Source of the DNA: Mobula hypostoma
Taxonomy: Eukaryota
Direction of reading: 5' to 3'
NCBI RefSeq assembly: GCF_963921235.1
Contig: NC_086097.1
Location: 138,386,001-138,450,000 of the forward strand
DNA: 64,000 bases
The position numbers were made by a program, and so were the translations under genes. Below, in pieces: positions 49,201-63,242 of the stretch. How positions within the stretch are numbered: the stretch's first letter is position 1; each line of letters starts with the position of its first letter. The notes under the pieces are model-generated. The model did not search any database. It was not told the DNA's origin and saw nothing but the letters and a program-made list of their open reading frames with translations.

Positions 49201-52200
49201 ATCTTCAGATATACAGCGACCCTTCATGCATTCCGAATAACATTGAACCAGTGTACACAAATTCGTGTGTGTGTGTGTTCATATGTGCAGGTGTGAATGA
49301 GTGTGCTTTATTGTAAGGGAGAGACAAAGACAGATAGAGTAAGATTTATAGAGACAGTAAAAGACAAGTGTAAGAGAAAGAAAGAAGTATAAAAGGACAG
49401 GTGAAAGGGATGGAAGGAGAGCGTAGACAAAGAAAGAAAGAGAGAGGCAGACAGAATGAGTGAATGAGGGAGGATTGGAGCTTTTTGTTCTTTCGGTAAT
49501 CTCAACTTGCTGTTAACAACAGCATTTATTGCCCATCCCTAATTGCCCTTGAGAAGACAGGAGTGGGCTGCATTCTTGAACTGCTGCAGCCCTTTTGGTG
49601 AAAGTGCTGAGGATTTAGATGCAGAACTGATGAAGGACCAACAGTATATTTCCAAGTCAGGATGGAGTATGATTTGGAGGGGAACCCGTAGCTGGTGGTG
49701 TTCCCTGGTGTCCCCTGCACTTGTCCTTCCTAATATTAGAGGTGGTGGGTTTGGGAGGTGCTGTTGGAGGAACCTGGGTGAGTCACTACAGTGCATTTTG
49801 TCACAGAACATACTACTCCCATTGTGCACCAGTGGTGGTGGAGGCAGGGGGGTATTTAAAGTGGTGGATGGGGTGCTAATCAAGTAGGCTGCTTTGTCTG
49901 GATGGTGTCAAGCTTCATGATGCTGTTGATGATGTGTAAGTGCACAAGCGAATGCAAATATTGAAAGAAATATTGATACAGAAGTCAGCTTGATCCCCCG
50001 TACAGCCCACACTGACAAACACGCATTGTGCGTGCTCCATTCTTGGAACGCATCCATGATCTGCTTGGCTTTTAATCTGCAAACCGGCAATGTGCCTTCA
50101 AGTGAATATGTGGCCAGGCTGGTTAGACATTCCAAATAATAAAGAAACCACATAAAAATAATCAAGGCCTAACCAAGAGTCCAGCAGTCTGTCCTGCTGG
50201 CACTGTCAATGGTGAAGATTACCGTAGCAAGCTGCACATAAGGACAGGACCTGCTGAGCACTATTTAACGTCAGTGCATCAACTAGATTCATTGTCTGCC
50301 TGAGTCTCAAGCCAGACCACAGAAGGAAACTTTGAGCAAGAACACTTGCAAAGTGTTTGAATTGGAAAGATGATTGCGAGTACACACATTATTCCTAAAA
50401 TCAGGGGTTCCAGTGCTTTAATAAATTAAACAAGTGGAGTTCAAGGGCTTCCACTAACTGCTGATCACTGAAGCAGGCCCGGATTTTTACTGTGCTCCAA
50501 GTACTTTAAATAAAGCAGTAAGAAAGTCAATTTCTTCTCGCCGGATGAATGTTGATGAAAACTGGAACTAATCTGGAAAATTTTGCTCTGAGGCAACTTT
50601 CTGGAACACTGCAGGGCTGGTTAATCAAATAACTCCCGACTTTTGAACTCGCAAACAAGGTCAGAACCAGCTCAATGCAAAGCCATAGAGAGGTTGGTAA
50701 AAGTAGTGGATATGAGAAATCAAAAAGCCAGTCACGGGCCTGAAGGAGAAGCAGAGGGGCAGTGAGGTGGCAACTTTTAAGGAGCGGGTTCTGAAGTGAG
50801 TGGTTAAAGGTTTCAATGTCAGTGGTAGGGAAGATGGATAGGGATGTAGAAGAAACCAGATGCACAGAAAACTATGAAAGAGGTTACAGAGAGGAGGGCA
50901 AGCCTGGAGAGATTTAAGAACAATGGTGAAAGTTTCACAATCAAAGCCTTTTTGGATTGGGAGCCAATGAACGTAGAGGTACTGAGTGGGAGTAAAGGAA
51001 CAGGCTGTAGTGTTCTGGCTGAGCATGACTGGACTGAGACTGGTAAATGGGACACAGGGAATTACTTGGATGCAGTTGAGGGACGGGTGGGGCGGCAGGA
51101 ATGGGGGGGAATTTGAGTCAAGTAGATGACGGAGGTCAGAGTGAGACGAGCAAATTCAATCTTTTGTGATGAAGAGAATTTTGATCAGAAACATAAAAAT
51201 ATTTACATAGCAACTGGCTCATCTGAGAGGACAGGGAGAGAGTGAGAGTGAGTATCAAAGTATCTGATTGGACTCTGTCAGGTGTGTGATGAAGAAACAG
51301 ATCTCCAGGAGATAGGTTGGGAAGTTTGTATGGAAAAGCCTTCTATGCCCAAAATGTTAGAAATTCTCTGCTAGTTAGGGAGAAGACTTCAGTTCTGATA
51401 AAAGATCACCTGCTTGAAACATTAACTCTTTCTCCTTCCATTGCACTCTGACCTATTTCCTACATCCACCGTCTTTATTTTGAATTTATACAAACTGGCA
51501 TATTTTATTCCGGCATATCGGGCATGTTCTTGCAAGGCACATTTTCTGGTTCATCATGGGAACCATTCTAACTGGTTCCCATGTTGAACCAGAATTATCT
51601 AAAACATCTCTCTTGGTCGCACTCTTCCTCTCTCTCTCTCTTTGTCTCATCCTTCAGCTCCCATGTCTGTGCACTCCTCCAACTTTGGCCTCCTGAACAT
51701 CCCCAGATCCATTGCTCCACCACTGGCAGCTGTGTCTTCAGCTACTTGGACCCTGAACTCCCTCCCTATATCTCTCACCTCTCTCTCCTCCTTCACTGCC
51801 TGGGTCCCAAGCTCTGAGACCCCCTCTTACATCTTACCACCCCGCTCCTCTTTCACTGCATGGGTCCCAAACCATCCTTTCCTTAAAATCTTCCCTGACC
51901 AAGCCTTTGGTCTAGCCTGATTTATTCAGCTACCTCCTTCAGTAACACAACATGAGGCTTTTGTTGGACACTGCTCTTGTGATGTACTGGAGGGTTTTGG
52001 CCCATTAAAGACAGCTGCTGTCCTTCTGCTGAGGCAAGTGAACAGGGCAAAGTGAAATTGTTCCCAATTCTTCATCTTTGGGACTTGGCATTTTCCCATA
52101 ATCTGGTTCATGTTGTCACGGGGCTAGAGTTGAAAGGAGCTGTTTCCCGGATTTCATTTCTCTCCTTGTGGACATGCAAGACTCAAAGTGAGCTCACTGG

Positions 52201-54894
52201 TTTTGTTAGTTAGAGGAATGAGTAACCTTTGGCACCAAACACCCAGATCAATATGGTATTGAACTGTTTGCGATATGTCGCATTCTGCAGAGCAGAGAGT
52301 CAGTGAGGAGGCTGTAATTCGATCAAGCTCTGATGATTTCATGTAGTGTGGAGACAGAAGCCAAATCCTGGGGTGTGGCTGGTACTTCCAGTTCATCCAC
52401 ATCCCACATTCCGGTGTGTCCGGCAAACCCGCGTGCCGTATCCTATCTCTGTAACCTGTAGCCCTGTGCGACTTCCGGGTTTCGCCTGCAGAGTCCAAGT
52501 GTGATCAGTGGGCTTCACATGGTATTCGGGTTAACTTGCATCATATTTCCGAATGGACAAAGAACCCGAGGACATTCCTTCATCAATTTTTCTTTTTTTT
52601 TGCTCTCTTTCTACGCTACTTATTCAACCTAATTTTATATAATTTTTCCTGTAATTTGTAGTTTTTATGAATATGTATTGCATTGTACTGCTGCTGCATA
52701 GCAACAAATTTCACGACATATGCCGGTGATATTAAACCTGATTCTGATTCTGATTCTAAAAGACTCTTATGCCCACCAGTTTAAGCGTCCTGAATCTAAG
52801 TGGCATCAGAATGAAGCTTGTTATGCCAGGGCCTCAGTCAAACAACAGTTGAGTGTGGGAAGGCCACAGCTCTCAGGTGGTGAGCTGGAGAAGCTGGGCT
52901 CAGTCTTCTTGGAACAGAAGCGATTTTAGCGGTAAATCGGGATTTCCAGCGGCAGGAGTGTCAGTGGCTAGAGGACACAACGATTGTTGGGTGAGAAGGC
53001 TGAGGGTAGGGGTGGGGTGGCATGGTGCAAAGTGCCTTCATGTTGTGAGTCACTGTGCTCTGGCTATTCAGCCAGAAAAGGCAGTGAGAGGAGCTTTCAA
53101 TACAGAAATGGGTAACGTTTTGTAAAGGGGAAGTATCTGAAGTTGTGGAGAAGGAGCAAAACATGGGCAGGACTGAAAGCACTGGCACAGTTCTGATAGG
53201 CCTAATGGCCTCTTCCCAGAGTGTGGTGTTGTCCAACGTACATTGTCTAGGAAGTTTAAGAGGATATAAACTTACTGCCCAGTGAATAGCATCAGTGCTG
53301 ATTCAGGGGTCAGTCCCAGGTGTCTGACATGGCCAAATGCATGTGGAAAATTCCATGCTCACAATCCCAGCCATTCTCTGCTGCTGTTTGGGCAGAATTG
53401 CATGAAAAGAGTTAAGTTCTCACAGTCCAACTCAGGGTATCTATAGTGGGAAATGGACAGTTAAGGTTTTAGGTCCAGATGAAGGGTCTCAACGTGAAAC
53501 ACCGACTGTCTTGTTTCCCTCTATAGACGTGCTTGATCTGCTGAGTTCCTTCAGCCTCTTTATGAGGATTACCTTCGAGTCCAGTCAGTGACCAAGCAAG
53601 GAAAAGATCCCGGCCTTACCCTCATACTGTGTTAACTTCTTTCAGCCCTACAAATCATGGGTGTCTCACCTGGACTTGACTCCAGCCACTGCAAATCCCT
53701 CTTCGTCTCCCCTTCTCTGTAACCTGCCTTTCTGAGGTTCCTCATGCAGCTTGGTGTAAAGTACCAGGCGAAGCTCTGGCCAGATGCCCTGTTTGGTACA
53801 GGAGCACACATAGATGGCAGTCTTTCTCATTCAGTGCAGGCTGATAAATGATGCTAAGTGAGTTTAATAGCTGGAAACTAACCACTGAAACTTTGCCAAG
53901 AATTCCAGAAGGTGGTTGGGAAAAATAACCTGAAATGGGGATCAGGAGATGATGGCATTGCCGGTGAATGTTGAATCCATCAAAGTGTCTTTTTTTCCAG
54001 ATCACTGAAGGTAGAAGCTGTCAGTCAGCTCGGCTGTGCCTGGCCCCGCCCACACTGACAATGCCAGACTGCTCCAGTCAGAGGTTGGTGTCAGTGACTG
54101 AGCATGACTGATATTACCGCCGACAACCCTAATGCTTCAATGCCACAAGGTGAATTATGAGTTGCTCCCGGAGCGGAACAATAGTTAATAAGTTCTTTAC
54201 AAGCACACAGGAGGTGCTGTCACTACAGTGAGTATCTTCAGGAGACAATCTATCATGCATTAATGCTGCTCTGTGCTTCTCAATACATCATGCACATCTG
54301 GGTAATTGGCATCCAGATGTGGCTGATTATCTGTCTGATTAGTAAATAAACACGGAATAACAGACTTGATCACTGGGGCTGCGATCACAGGGCCTCGAGC
54401 CGCAGAGAGCGCGGGTGAGCTGGTGAACTGTGAGAAGAGTGGGAGAGCTTTCTGATCACTGTCACAGCTTCATTTGCCTGCTTGCTGATGGCGGAAGTTG
54501 ATTAAAGAAAGATAAAGCAATATCTCAACAATGAGGGGTCCCTTGCAAGCTAGTCAGCCCACCTTCCAAAGTGTGGCTTCTGCTTCAATGGGGATTCACA
54601 GTCAATTTATTGCAGGCGGTAAGCTCACAACATGTCTCCCTGGTGATGAGCAGATCTGCCCACAATCGTCCCTGAACATAGAGGAAAACTTATTGTTATA
54701 GAATTTCAAATAGAGGGACCTTCACAATTCTGGCTGGAAGGAGCCAAGTGCTTGTTTAACACCAGCCAAAGAACAGCAGAGCCACCAGACACACCCATGC
54801 ATGAAACACATTCTGAGTGCAACACTCCCTCAGCAACACCCTTCCCACAATACGACATTCCTGTATTACTGCCCCTCCCAGAGTGGATTCTCCT

Positions 54895-55510
54895 TCAGTC
54901 CAGCCCTTCTCCCAGTGTGACACTCTCAGTCCTGTCCATCCCACAGTGTGACACACCCTCAGTACTGTCCATCCCACAGTGTGACACTCCCTCAGTACTG
55001 CCCATCCCACAGTGTGATAATCCCTCAGTACTGCCCATTCCACAGTGTGACACTCCCTCAGTACTGTCCAACCCACGGTGTGAAACTCCCTCAGTACAGT
55101 CCATCCCACAGTGTGACACACCCTCAGTACTGTCCATCCCACAGTGTGACACTCCCTCAGTACAGTCCATCCCACAGTGTGACATTCCCTCAGTACTGTC
55201 CATCCCGCAGTGTGACACTCCCTTAGTACTGTCCATCCCAAAGTGTGACACTCCCTCAGTACTGTCCATCCCACAGTGTGACACTCCCTCAGTACTGTCC
55301 ATCCCACGCTGTGACTCTCCCTCAGTCCTGTCCATCCCACAGTGTGACACTCCCTCAGTACTGTCCATCCCACAGTGTGACACTCCCTCAGTACTGCCCA
55401 TCCCACAGTGTGACATCCCTCAGTACTGTCCATCCCACGGTATGACACTCCCTCAGTACTGTCCCTCTCACAGTATGACTCTCCCTCAGTACTGTCCCTC
55501 TGAAAGTACT
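54895..55510. repeat. 33-bp minisatellite, roughly 18 units
   Basis: Unit CTCAGTACTGTCCATCCCACAGTGTGACACTCC, head-to-tail, no spacers. Confidence 0.95.
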
Positions 55511-56016
55511 GTCAGAGAGTGGCTAGCTTGGGATGTTGACTGGAGGTTGACTTAAAGCTTTTGGCAGGAAACTTGTAATTTACCTGACTGACCGGATGCA
55601 TCCAAATAGCTCTTTTGCACTGCAGTTAATATGAAATGGTTGTGGAAACAGAGGTTAAGGTGACCCATAAAGTGCAGAAGACACTTATAAAATAAACAGC
55701 AGAGATCCTTAACTTCATAATCTCTAGTGTACAAACCAAAGAGAAATATATTGAATCATGGCCAACCATAGCTGAACTATCCTTGCCAACACTAGGCTTT
55801 GCATTTTGGGACACTTATACACAGGATGAGGGTCTTCACATCTGTTTATTAACAGCTGGGGCTGTTCTCCTTACAGCAGGGAGGGGATTGAACATAAAGG
55901 TTTTGATCCAGTAAATATTGAGAAACCTGGGAGGGCAGAAGGATAGGTAATCACACAGCAGAGAATTGGCAAAGTAAAGTCAAAGTAAATTTTATTATCA
56001 AAGTACACTTTATTAT

Positions 56017-57603
56017 GAAAAAGAGAGGCAAGAGTGGATATCGGACCACTGGAAAATGATGCTGGAAAGGCAGTAATGGGAGACAAGGAAATGGTGGACA
56101 AACTAAATAAGTACTTTGCATCAGTCTTCACTATGGAAGACACTAGCAGTATGGTGGAAGTTCCAGGTGTCAGAGGGCATGAAGTTTGTGAAGTTGCATA
56201 GCTAGAGAGAAGGTTCTTGGGACACTGAAACGTCTGAAGGTAGATAAGTCACCTGGACCAGATGGAGTACATCCGAGGGTTCTAAAAGAGGAGGCTGAAG
56301 AGATTGTGAAGGCATTAGTAATGATCTTTCAGGAATCAATAGATTCTGGAATGCTTTCAGAAGACTGGAAAATTGCAAATGTCACTCCACTCTTCAAGAA
56401 GGGAGAGAGGCAGAAGAACAGGAACTATATGCCAGTTAGTCTGACCTCAGTGGCTGGGAAGATGTTGGAGTGATTATTAAGGATGAGGTCTCAGCGTACT
56501 TGGAGGGACATGATAAAATAAACCATAGTCACCATGGTTTTCCTCAAGGGAAAATCTTCCCTGACAAATCTGTTGGAATTATTTGAAGAAATACTAACCA
56601 GGATAGACAAAGGAGAATCAGTTGATGTTGTGTATTTGGATTTTCAGAAAGCCTTTGACACGGTGCCACACATGAGGCTGCTTAATAAGCTGTGAGCCCA
56701 TGGTATTACAGGAAAGATTCTAGCATGGATAAATCAGTGGCTGATTTGCAGGAGGCAAAGAATGGGAATAAAGGGAGCCTTTTCTGGCTGGCTGCCGGTG
56801 ACTAGTGGTGTTACGGAGGGGTCTGTATTGGGACAATTCTTTATACATCCTATGTCAATGATTCGGATGATGGAATCGATGGCTTTGTTGCAAAGTTTGC
56901 AGACAACATGATGATAGGTGGAGGGGTTACAGAAGGTCCTAGACAGATTAGAAGAATGGGCAAAAAAAAATGGTAGATGAATACAGTGTATGGAAGTGTA
57001 TGGTCATGCACTTTGGTAGAAGAACTGAAAGGGTTGACTATTTTCTAACTGGACAGAAGATATAAAATAAAACTGAGGTGCAAAGGGACTTGGGAGTTCT
57101 TGTGCAAGATTACCTAAAGGTTAATTTGCAGGTTGAGTCTGTGGTGAGGAAGGCAAATGTGATGTTAACATTAATTTCAAAAGGACTAGAATATAAAAGC
57201 AAGGATGTAACGTTGAGACTTTATAAAGCACTGGTGAGGCCTCACTTGGAGTATTGTGAGCAGTTTTGGGCACCTTATCTTAGAAAGGATTTGTTGAAAC
57301 TGGAGAGGGTTCAAAGGAGGTTCAGAGATATGTTTCCAGGATTGAATGGCGTGTTATACGAAAAGCATTTGATAGCTCTGGATTCACTAGAATTTAGAAG
57401 AATGAGGGGTGACCTCATTGAAACCTGTCGACTGGTGAAAAGCCTTGATAGAGTGGATGTGGAGAGGATGTTTCCTTTGGTGAAAGAGTCTGAGACCAGA
57501 GGACACAGCCCCAGGATAGAGGGGTGTCCTTTTAGAATGGAGATGAAGAAGAATTTCTTTAGCCAGAGAGTGATGAGTCTGTGGAGTTCTTTGCCACAGG
57601 CAA
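56017..57603 (+). mobile_element. CR1 LINE ORF2 remnant
   Basis: SPGPDG, DWKIANVTPLFKKG, DFQKAFD, KFAD and RPHLEYCEQFW, with stops. Confidence 0.9.
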
Positions 57604-58430
57604 CCCTCTCCACCTCTGATCCTCTGATGAGGGCTGGATCATGGACCTCTGGTTTCCCTCTCTTGAAGTTTACCATCTTGCTGACATTGACTGAGAAGTT
57701 GTTGTTATGACAGCTCTCAGCCAAATTTCCAGTCTCCTTTCTGTATGCTGACTCATAATCACTTTTGATTCGGCCCACAACAGTGGTGTCATCGGCAAAC
57801 TTGAACATGGTATTGGGGCTGTGCTTAGCCACTCAGTCATAGGTGTAAAGCGAGTAGAGCAGGGGGCTAAGCACACAGCCTTTTGGAGTACCTGTGCTGA
57901 TGGAGATCGTGGAGATGCTGTTGCCAATCTGAACTGACTGGGGTCTACAAGTGAGGCAATCTAGGATCCAATTGCACAAGGTGGTATTGAGGCCAAGATC
58001 TTGGAGCTTACTGATTACTTTTGAGAGGATGATGGTCTTGAATGTTGAGCTGTAGTTGATAAAGAGCATCCTGATGTATGCACCTGTGCTGGCCAGATGT
58101 TCCAGGATTGAGTGGAGAGCCAATGAGATGGCATCTGCTATGGACCTATTGCTCTGTTGGGCAAATGGGAGCTGATCCAAGTCACCTCTCAGGAAGCAGA
58201 TACATTTCATCACCAGCCTCTGGAAACACTTCACCACTGTGGATGTCAGTGCAATTGGGCGATAGTCATTGAAGTAGGTCACAACACTGTTCTTGAGCGA
58301 CTGGTATAATTTAAGCCTGCTGGAAGCAGGTGGGTACCACATACTGCTGAAGTGAAAGTTTAAAGATCTCAGTGAACACACGAGCCAGTTGGTCAGCTCA
58401 GGTCTTTAGTGCATGGCCAGGTACTCTGAC
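57603..58430 (-). mobile_element. Rex1/Babar RT fragment
   Basis: NDYRPIALTS, YIRMLFINYSSTF, GCVLSPLLYSLYT and KFADDTTVVG. Confidence 0.88.
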
Positions 58431-59589
58431 TGGTTCAAACATCTACAGTTTATTCCTTTCCATAGACGCTGTCTAACTTACTGAGTTCCTCCAGCATTTT
58501 GTGTCTGTTGCTCCAAAACTCTCTGCCGCTCAGGCAGTTTGAGCAGATTCAAATGGAACTATGAGGTCAGAACTGGAGAAATTCTTGTCGAGTTTTCTGC
58601 CAGGCAGTTGGGGGAGAGCAGGAGGTGTGGGAACAGTTGGGGAGCTGTTCTGAGAGTCCATACAATAAGGCCCCATGAATTTAGGAGCTGAATTTGGGAC
58701 GGGATTCTTTCATTCCCTCTGCATCCTCAATTCAATGGGAGGACATTTCAAATCAGAATGGCAGTATTCATGCAGTGAGCTGTAAGCCCGCTCTACTGGG
58801 CCACACCGCGTATGTCCATGTACCAGGTTTCATTGGCCCTCTGTTTGCAGCAGCATTAATGTCAGTAATTAAACTGGGGCTTTTATCTTGGACTTTCATC
58901 AGCTGCACTAGATAGAGGAATCCAGCACAGAATGCACTGTTGAAAACTGAATGGCAAAAGTTCAGTTAACATGCTGACCTCATCCAGATTCGGTAGCTGT
59001 GTAATATATACATCACCTTTTGACATGTTAGCTTTAATTCCACTCAGCCCCTGGTCAGATGCTTGATCACATGCAGACAAGGGGAGCACTGTTTTCCCTG
59101 ACTCTGGTTTATTCTGCAGCCACTGAGCACTGTGTGTGATGCCATGAGGTTGTCAAGACAACAAGGTCAGCGAAGCCTATTAGAAATGGCCGAGTGAGCA
59201 GCTGGTGTTGGCTGGGTACGATCAGCGTAGGGGCTCTAGTTCAGAGCTGTGCAAACCCACTGAAAGAACTGCAACTCAGACATGTCCAGCCTTGGAAAAT
59301 CTGCACACAAAGAGTGCCCTGATTGTTCCATCAATCTCCAGTGAATCAATGAATGGGTGGTGTTGGGGGGGGAGGGGGGATGGAAATGGGAGGGCCATCC
59401 TTAATTCATGTGTGGCCTTGAAAAGGATGTAAAAGGTAATATATAAATGAAAGTTTTTTCAAACTCATCCAAATTTTCCACATTTGTGAGATGGGTATGG
59501 TGCTATTTCTATTTCTGTGCTACAGTTTTTCTGTCTCCATTTCAATAACAACATCAGCAAGTACTGTGCCTTTAAGCTCATAAAGGATG

Positions 59590-59940
59590 GTGCACAGTTG
59601 CAGCAGCTCATGCTGCTGTCTCACAGCTCTAGTGACCTGGCTTTGATCTGACCTCCGGTGTCTGTGTCAGTGCTGAGTTTGCACATTTTCCCTGAGGTGC
59701 TCCTGTTTCCTCCTACATCCCAAAGGTGGGTTAATTGACTGCTGTAACTTGCCCCTTGGTGTCGTTAAGTGGCAAAAGAATCAGAGTGGAGTTGATGGGC
59801 AGGTGATAGATTGTTGCAGTACTACAGGAAAATAAGGAGGGGGAAAATGTGTGGATGGGATTGCTGTGCTGGGGACTGGCATGGATCTGATGGGCTAAAT
59901 AGACTCCTTATGTCACTGTAAGAAAATAAAATAAAATATC
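59590..59940 (+). mobile_element. tRNA-derived SINE
   Basis: GCTGTCTCACAGCTCTAGTGACCTGG..TTGATC head, GGTTAATTG block, (TAAAA)n tail. Confidence 0.6.
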
Positions 59941-61094
59941 TCTGTGGCATGCTATTAGAACATCGCAAACAACATCTAACATCTTAAGCTGGCCACGTTG
60001 GATTCTCCCAGGAGCCAGGTGTAGGAAGGGAGGTTGTGAGGCTGGAGGAGACAGTGTGGAAGAGATTAACACTGCATCCGGAGCAGTGCACTGGCCTTCT
60101 CACCTGGTGAGCTGAGCCGGTTGCTACCATGCTGGACACAAGGTCATTGGGCATCTGAAGTGTGGGACATTGAGCATCTCAAGTGTAGGAGGCTGAGGGG
60201 TTTATAAAATTATGGGAGGCACAGATGGAATGGATAATCAGCGCTTCTTTCTGGGATGGAAATATCAAATGGTAAGAGGGTATAGCTTTAAAAATGAAAG
60301 CAGGAAAACCTAAATGAGAATTTCAAGGCAAATATTTTTTGTCACATACAGAGTGGTAGGTGCTGGAATGTGGTGGTGGAAGAAGACACAATGATAGCAT
60401 TTGAGGCATTTAAACAGCCATAAAAACAGGCATAAAATAGAGTGATCTCGTTTACGTGCATAATTTGGCCTCATGCTTGACAGAGACATGTTAGGCCAAA
60501 GTGCCTGTCCCTGTGTTGTTCTATTGTAAGTTTCATGAAAGGCATCCCTGCCTTTCCACTGCACACAAGCACCAGACTTTCCACGTCAGTGATGTGCTGC
60601 TCCTAGCACACAACATGCTAACCCTGATGCAAACAAGGTAGTGGCTGCTTGTCCCCTTGTGGAGTACAAAACCACCAGCAGCCTGTCATTTTGTGCTGCT
60701 GGGGCCCATTGCTTCCCATTCCAGTAGGAACAAATTACATGATCATCCACATGCAATGCATTGCAGATGCTAAAATTCTGAAATAAAAACAGAGGAATAT
60801 TCAGTAGGTCAGGCAGCTTCTGTCGAGAGAGAACCGAAGTTCTCAATTCAGGTCAACAACCTTTCAGTAGAATCTGAAATATAAACTGTTTCTGGATTTC
60901 TTCAGCTTCCACTGTTATTGTCATAGTCTTTATCCCAGGATAGAGAAGTCTAAAACTAAAGGGCAAGCATTTAAGCTGAGAGGGGAAAGATTTAAAGACT
61001 TGAAAGGCAATTTTTTTTTTTACACAGAGTATGGTAGGTACATAGAAGAAGCAGGTACAGTTACAATTTTTAGAAGACATAAGGCAGGTACCCA

Positions 61095-61652
61095 CACTCA
61101 GTGGCCACTTTATTAGGTAATTCCTGTACCCAGTAAGTGGCCACTGAGTGTATATTTGTGGTTTTTTTGTTGCTATAGCCTACCTACTTCACAGTTCGAC
61201 ATGTTGGGTGTTCAGATATGCTCTTCTGCACAGCATTTTTATTATGTTTGTTTATTTGAATTACAGTTGTCTTCCTGTCTGCCTGAACCAGTCCGGCCAT
61301 TTTCCTCTGACCTGTTTCATTAACAAGGGATTTATACCCATAGAATGTCTCGTCACTGGATGTTTTTGTTTTTTGGCACCATTCTTTGTAAACTCTAGAG
61401 TCCGTTGTGTGAAAAAATCCCAGATATCAGTAGTTTCTGAGATACTCAAACCACCTCGTATGGCACGAGCAATCATTTTATGGTCAAAGTCACTCAGATC
61501 ACATTTCTTCCCCATTCTGAAGTTTGGTTTGAGCAACAAATGAACCTCTTCACCATGTCTGCAAGCCTTTATGCATTGAGTTGCTGTCACAACGTTGGCT
61601 GATTAGATATTTACATTAATGATCAGGTGTACCTAATAGTGGCCACTGAGTG
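61095..61652 (-). mobile_element. Tc1-family deletion derivative with three TIR copies, inserted in a CR1 fragment
   Basis: TIR CACTCAGTGGCCAC at 61095, inverse copies ending 61150 and 61652 (each followed by TA). Encodes MGKKCDLSDFD..GLSISET, an HTH N-terminus. Confidence 0.85.
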
Positions 61653-62059
61653 TACATAGAAAAGTTTTACGGGGATACAGGCCCAGCCCAGGTAAATAGG
61701 ACTAGCTCAACAAGCCACTTTGGTTGGTAAGGAGGAGTTGGGTGGAAAGGCCTGTTTTTATGCTGCGTAACCCTATGATCCGATATTCTGTACTAACCAG
61801 TGTGTATGCAAACTCAGAGCCATTTGCATTTATCTACAGAACTGAGGTCAGCCAGTCAATCCTGGGTGTATATTCATAACATTGAGTAAACTTTGCTCTA
61901 ATATCCCAGTCAAAAGGTGGCACCTCCAGCAGCATGCCACTCACCCAGTTATGCATCGGAGCACTAGTTTTGAGTTTGTCTTCCATTCTCCAGAGGATGA
62001 GCTGAAAGGTGAGAGCAGTCTCTTAAAGCGCAAGCATTGCCAACACTGCGGAAAGAAGG

Positions 62060-62430
62060 AAGATCAGAGGTGACTTGATAGAGGTGTATAAGATGATAAG
62101 AGGCATAGATAGAGTAGACAGCCTAAGTTTTTTACCCCAGTTCAGAATGGCTAATATAAGGGATAATATAACTTTAAACTATTTGGAGGAAAGTAAAGGG
62201 GAGGCGTCAGAGGTAGACCTTATACACAGAGTGGAAAGTGCATGGGATATGCTGCCAGGGGTAGTGATAGAGGCAAATATATTAGGGACATTTAGAGGGG
62301 CACATAGATGAAAGAAAAATGGAGGGCTATGTGGGAGAGAAGGGTTAGATTGTTCTTGGAGCAGGTTAAAGGGTCAGCACAACAGTGTGGGCCGAAGGAC
62401 CTGTATTGTGCAGTACTGTGCTGTGTTCTA
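62060..62430 (+). mobile_element. CR1 3' fragment
   Basis: DLIEVYKMIRGIDRVD and a typical 3' UTR. Confidence 0.8.
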
Positions 62431-63242
62431 GGCGACACTGTACAAAAGGGGTATTGCTGAGGTATTATTCTGTGAAAACTCCAACAATAACACCATGCTA
62501 GGAATAATAAACAATTCAACACCAAGCCAGCCGGAGAAAGGGATAAGAATTGAATGGTGTCTTTAATGATTATGCCTGATTTATACTCAGTAAAATGCCT
62601 ATCACCAGGAAAATTGTGCTGAACATATCCATGAGGAGCAGTCGGCATTGTGCCTGAACTGTTCATATCAGTCTGCAGAATGCTCACAAGATTGAGTTCA
62701 GATATCTTTATTTGAAAGCTTTGTCCAGCTCATGTTCTCCTTCAAACCCACCATCACTCACCTAGACTCCTGCAGAAGCCGAGCAGGGAGAGGCTGGTCT
62801 GGTCTCCAGGTCGTAGCGCTTCACTTGTTCCACACTCGTCATCTGCCATGCTGCATGCTGCTTTCAGTGCCAGGCTTAACACATCACCCCCCCAATTCTA
62901 AATAAATAGTTCAGGAGCTGTTTCAAAGTCATTCCAGAGGGAAGTTAATCACTCTGAATCTCATGAATAACAGCAGCTGTACTGGATCTAGGTTTCCGTG
63001 AAGCCTTTGAAAAGACATCATGTTCAGGACTGATGGAAAAGGTCAGAAAACATGCTGTTACAGGAAGCGATTGTGGAACGCACGTGAAGTTTTAGAAGGA
63101 AAAGAGAAGGCGCATAGGGCAGCCAGTCAGAGTACCTGGAATTAGGATGTGGTGCCCCACAAGGATCACTGTGGGACCACTGTTCACTATTTGCATTAAT
63201 GATTCAGACATCGGAATCAAAAACTACTATTTCTAAATCTGG

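Noticed and set aside
52325..52345. TGATGA as a snoRNA C box
   Set aside because: No convincing D box with terminal stem, and no established host intron.
54752..55555. 267-aa repeat ORF, its antisense ORFs, or a CRISPR-like array
   Set aside because: Head-to-tail 33-bp minisatellite without spacers; frames stay open only because the unit is a multiple of 3.
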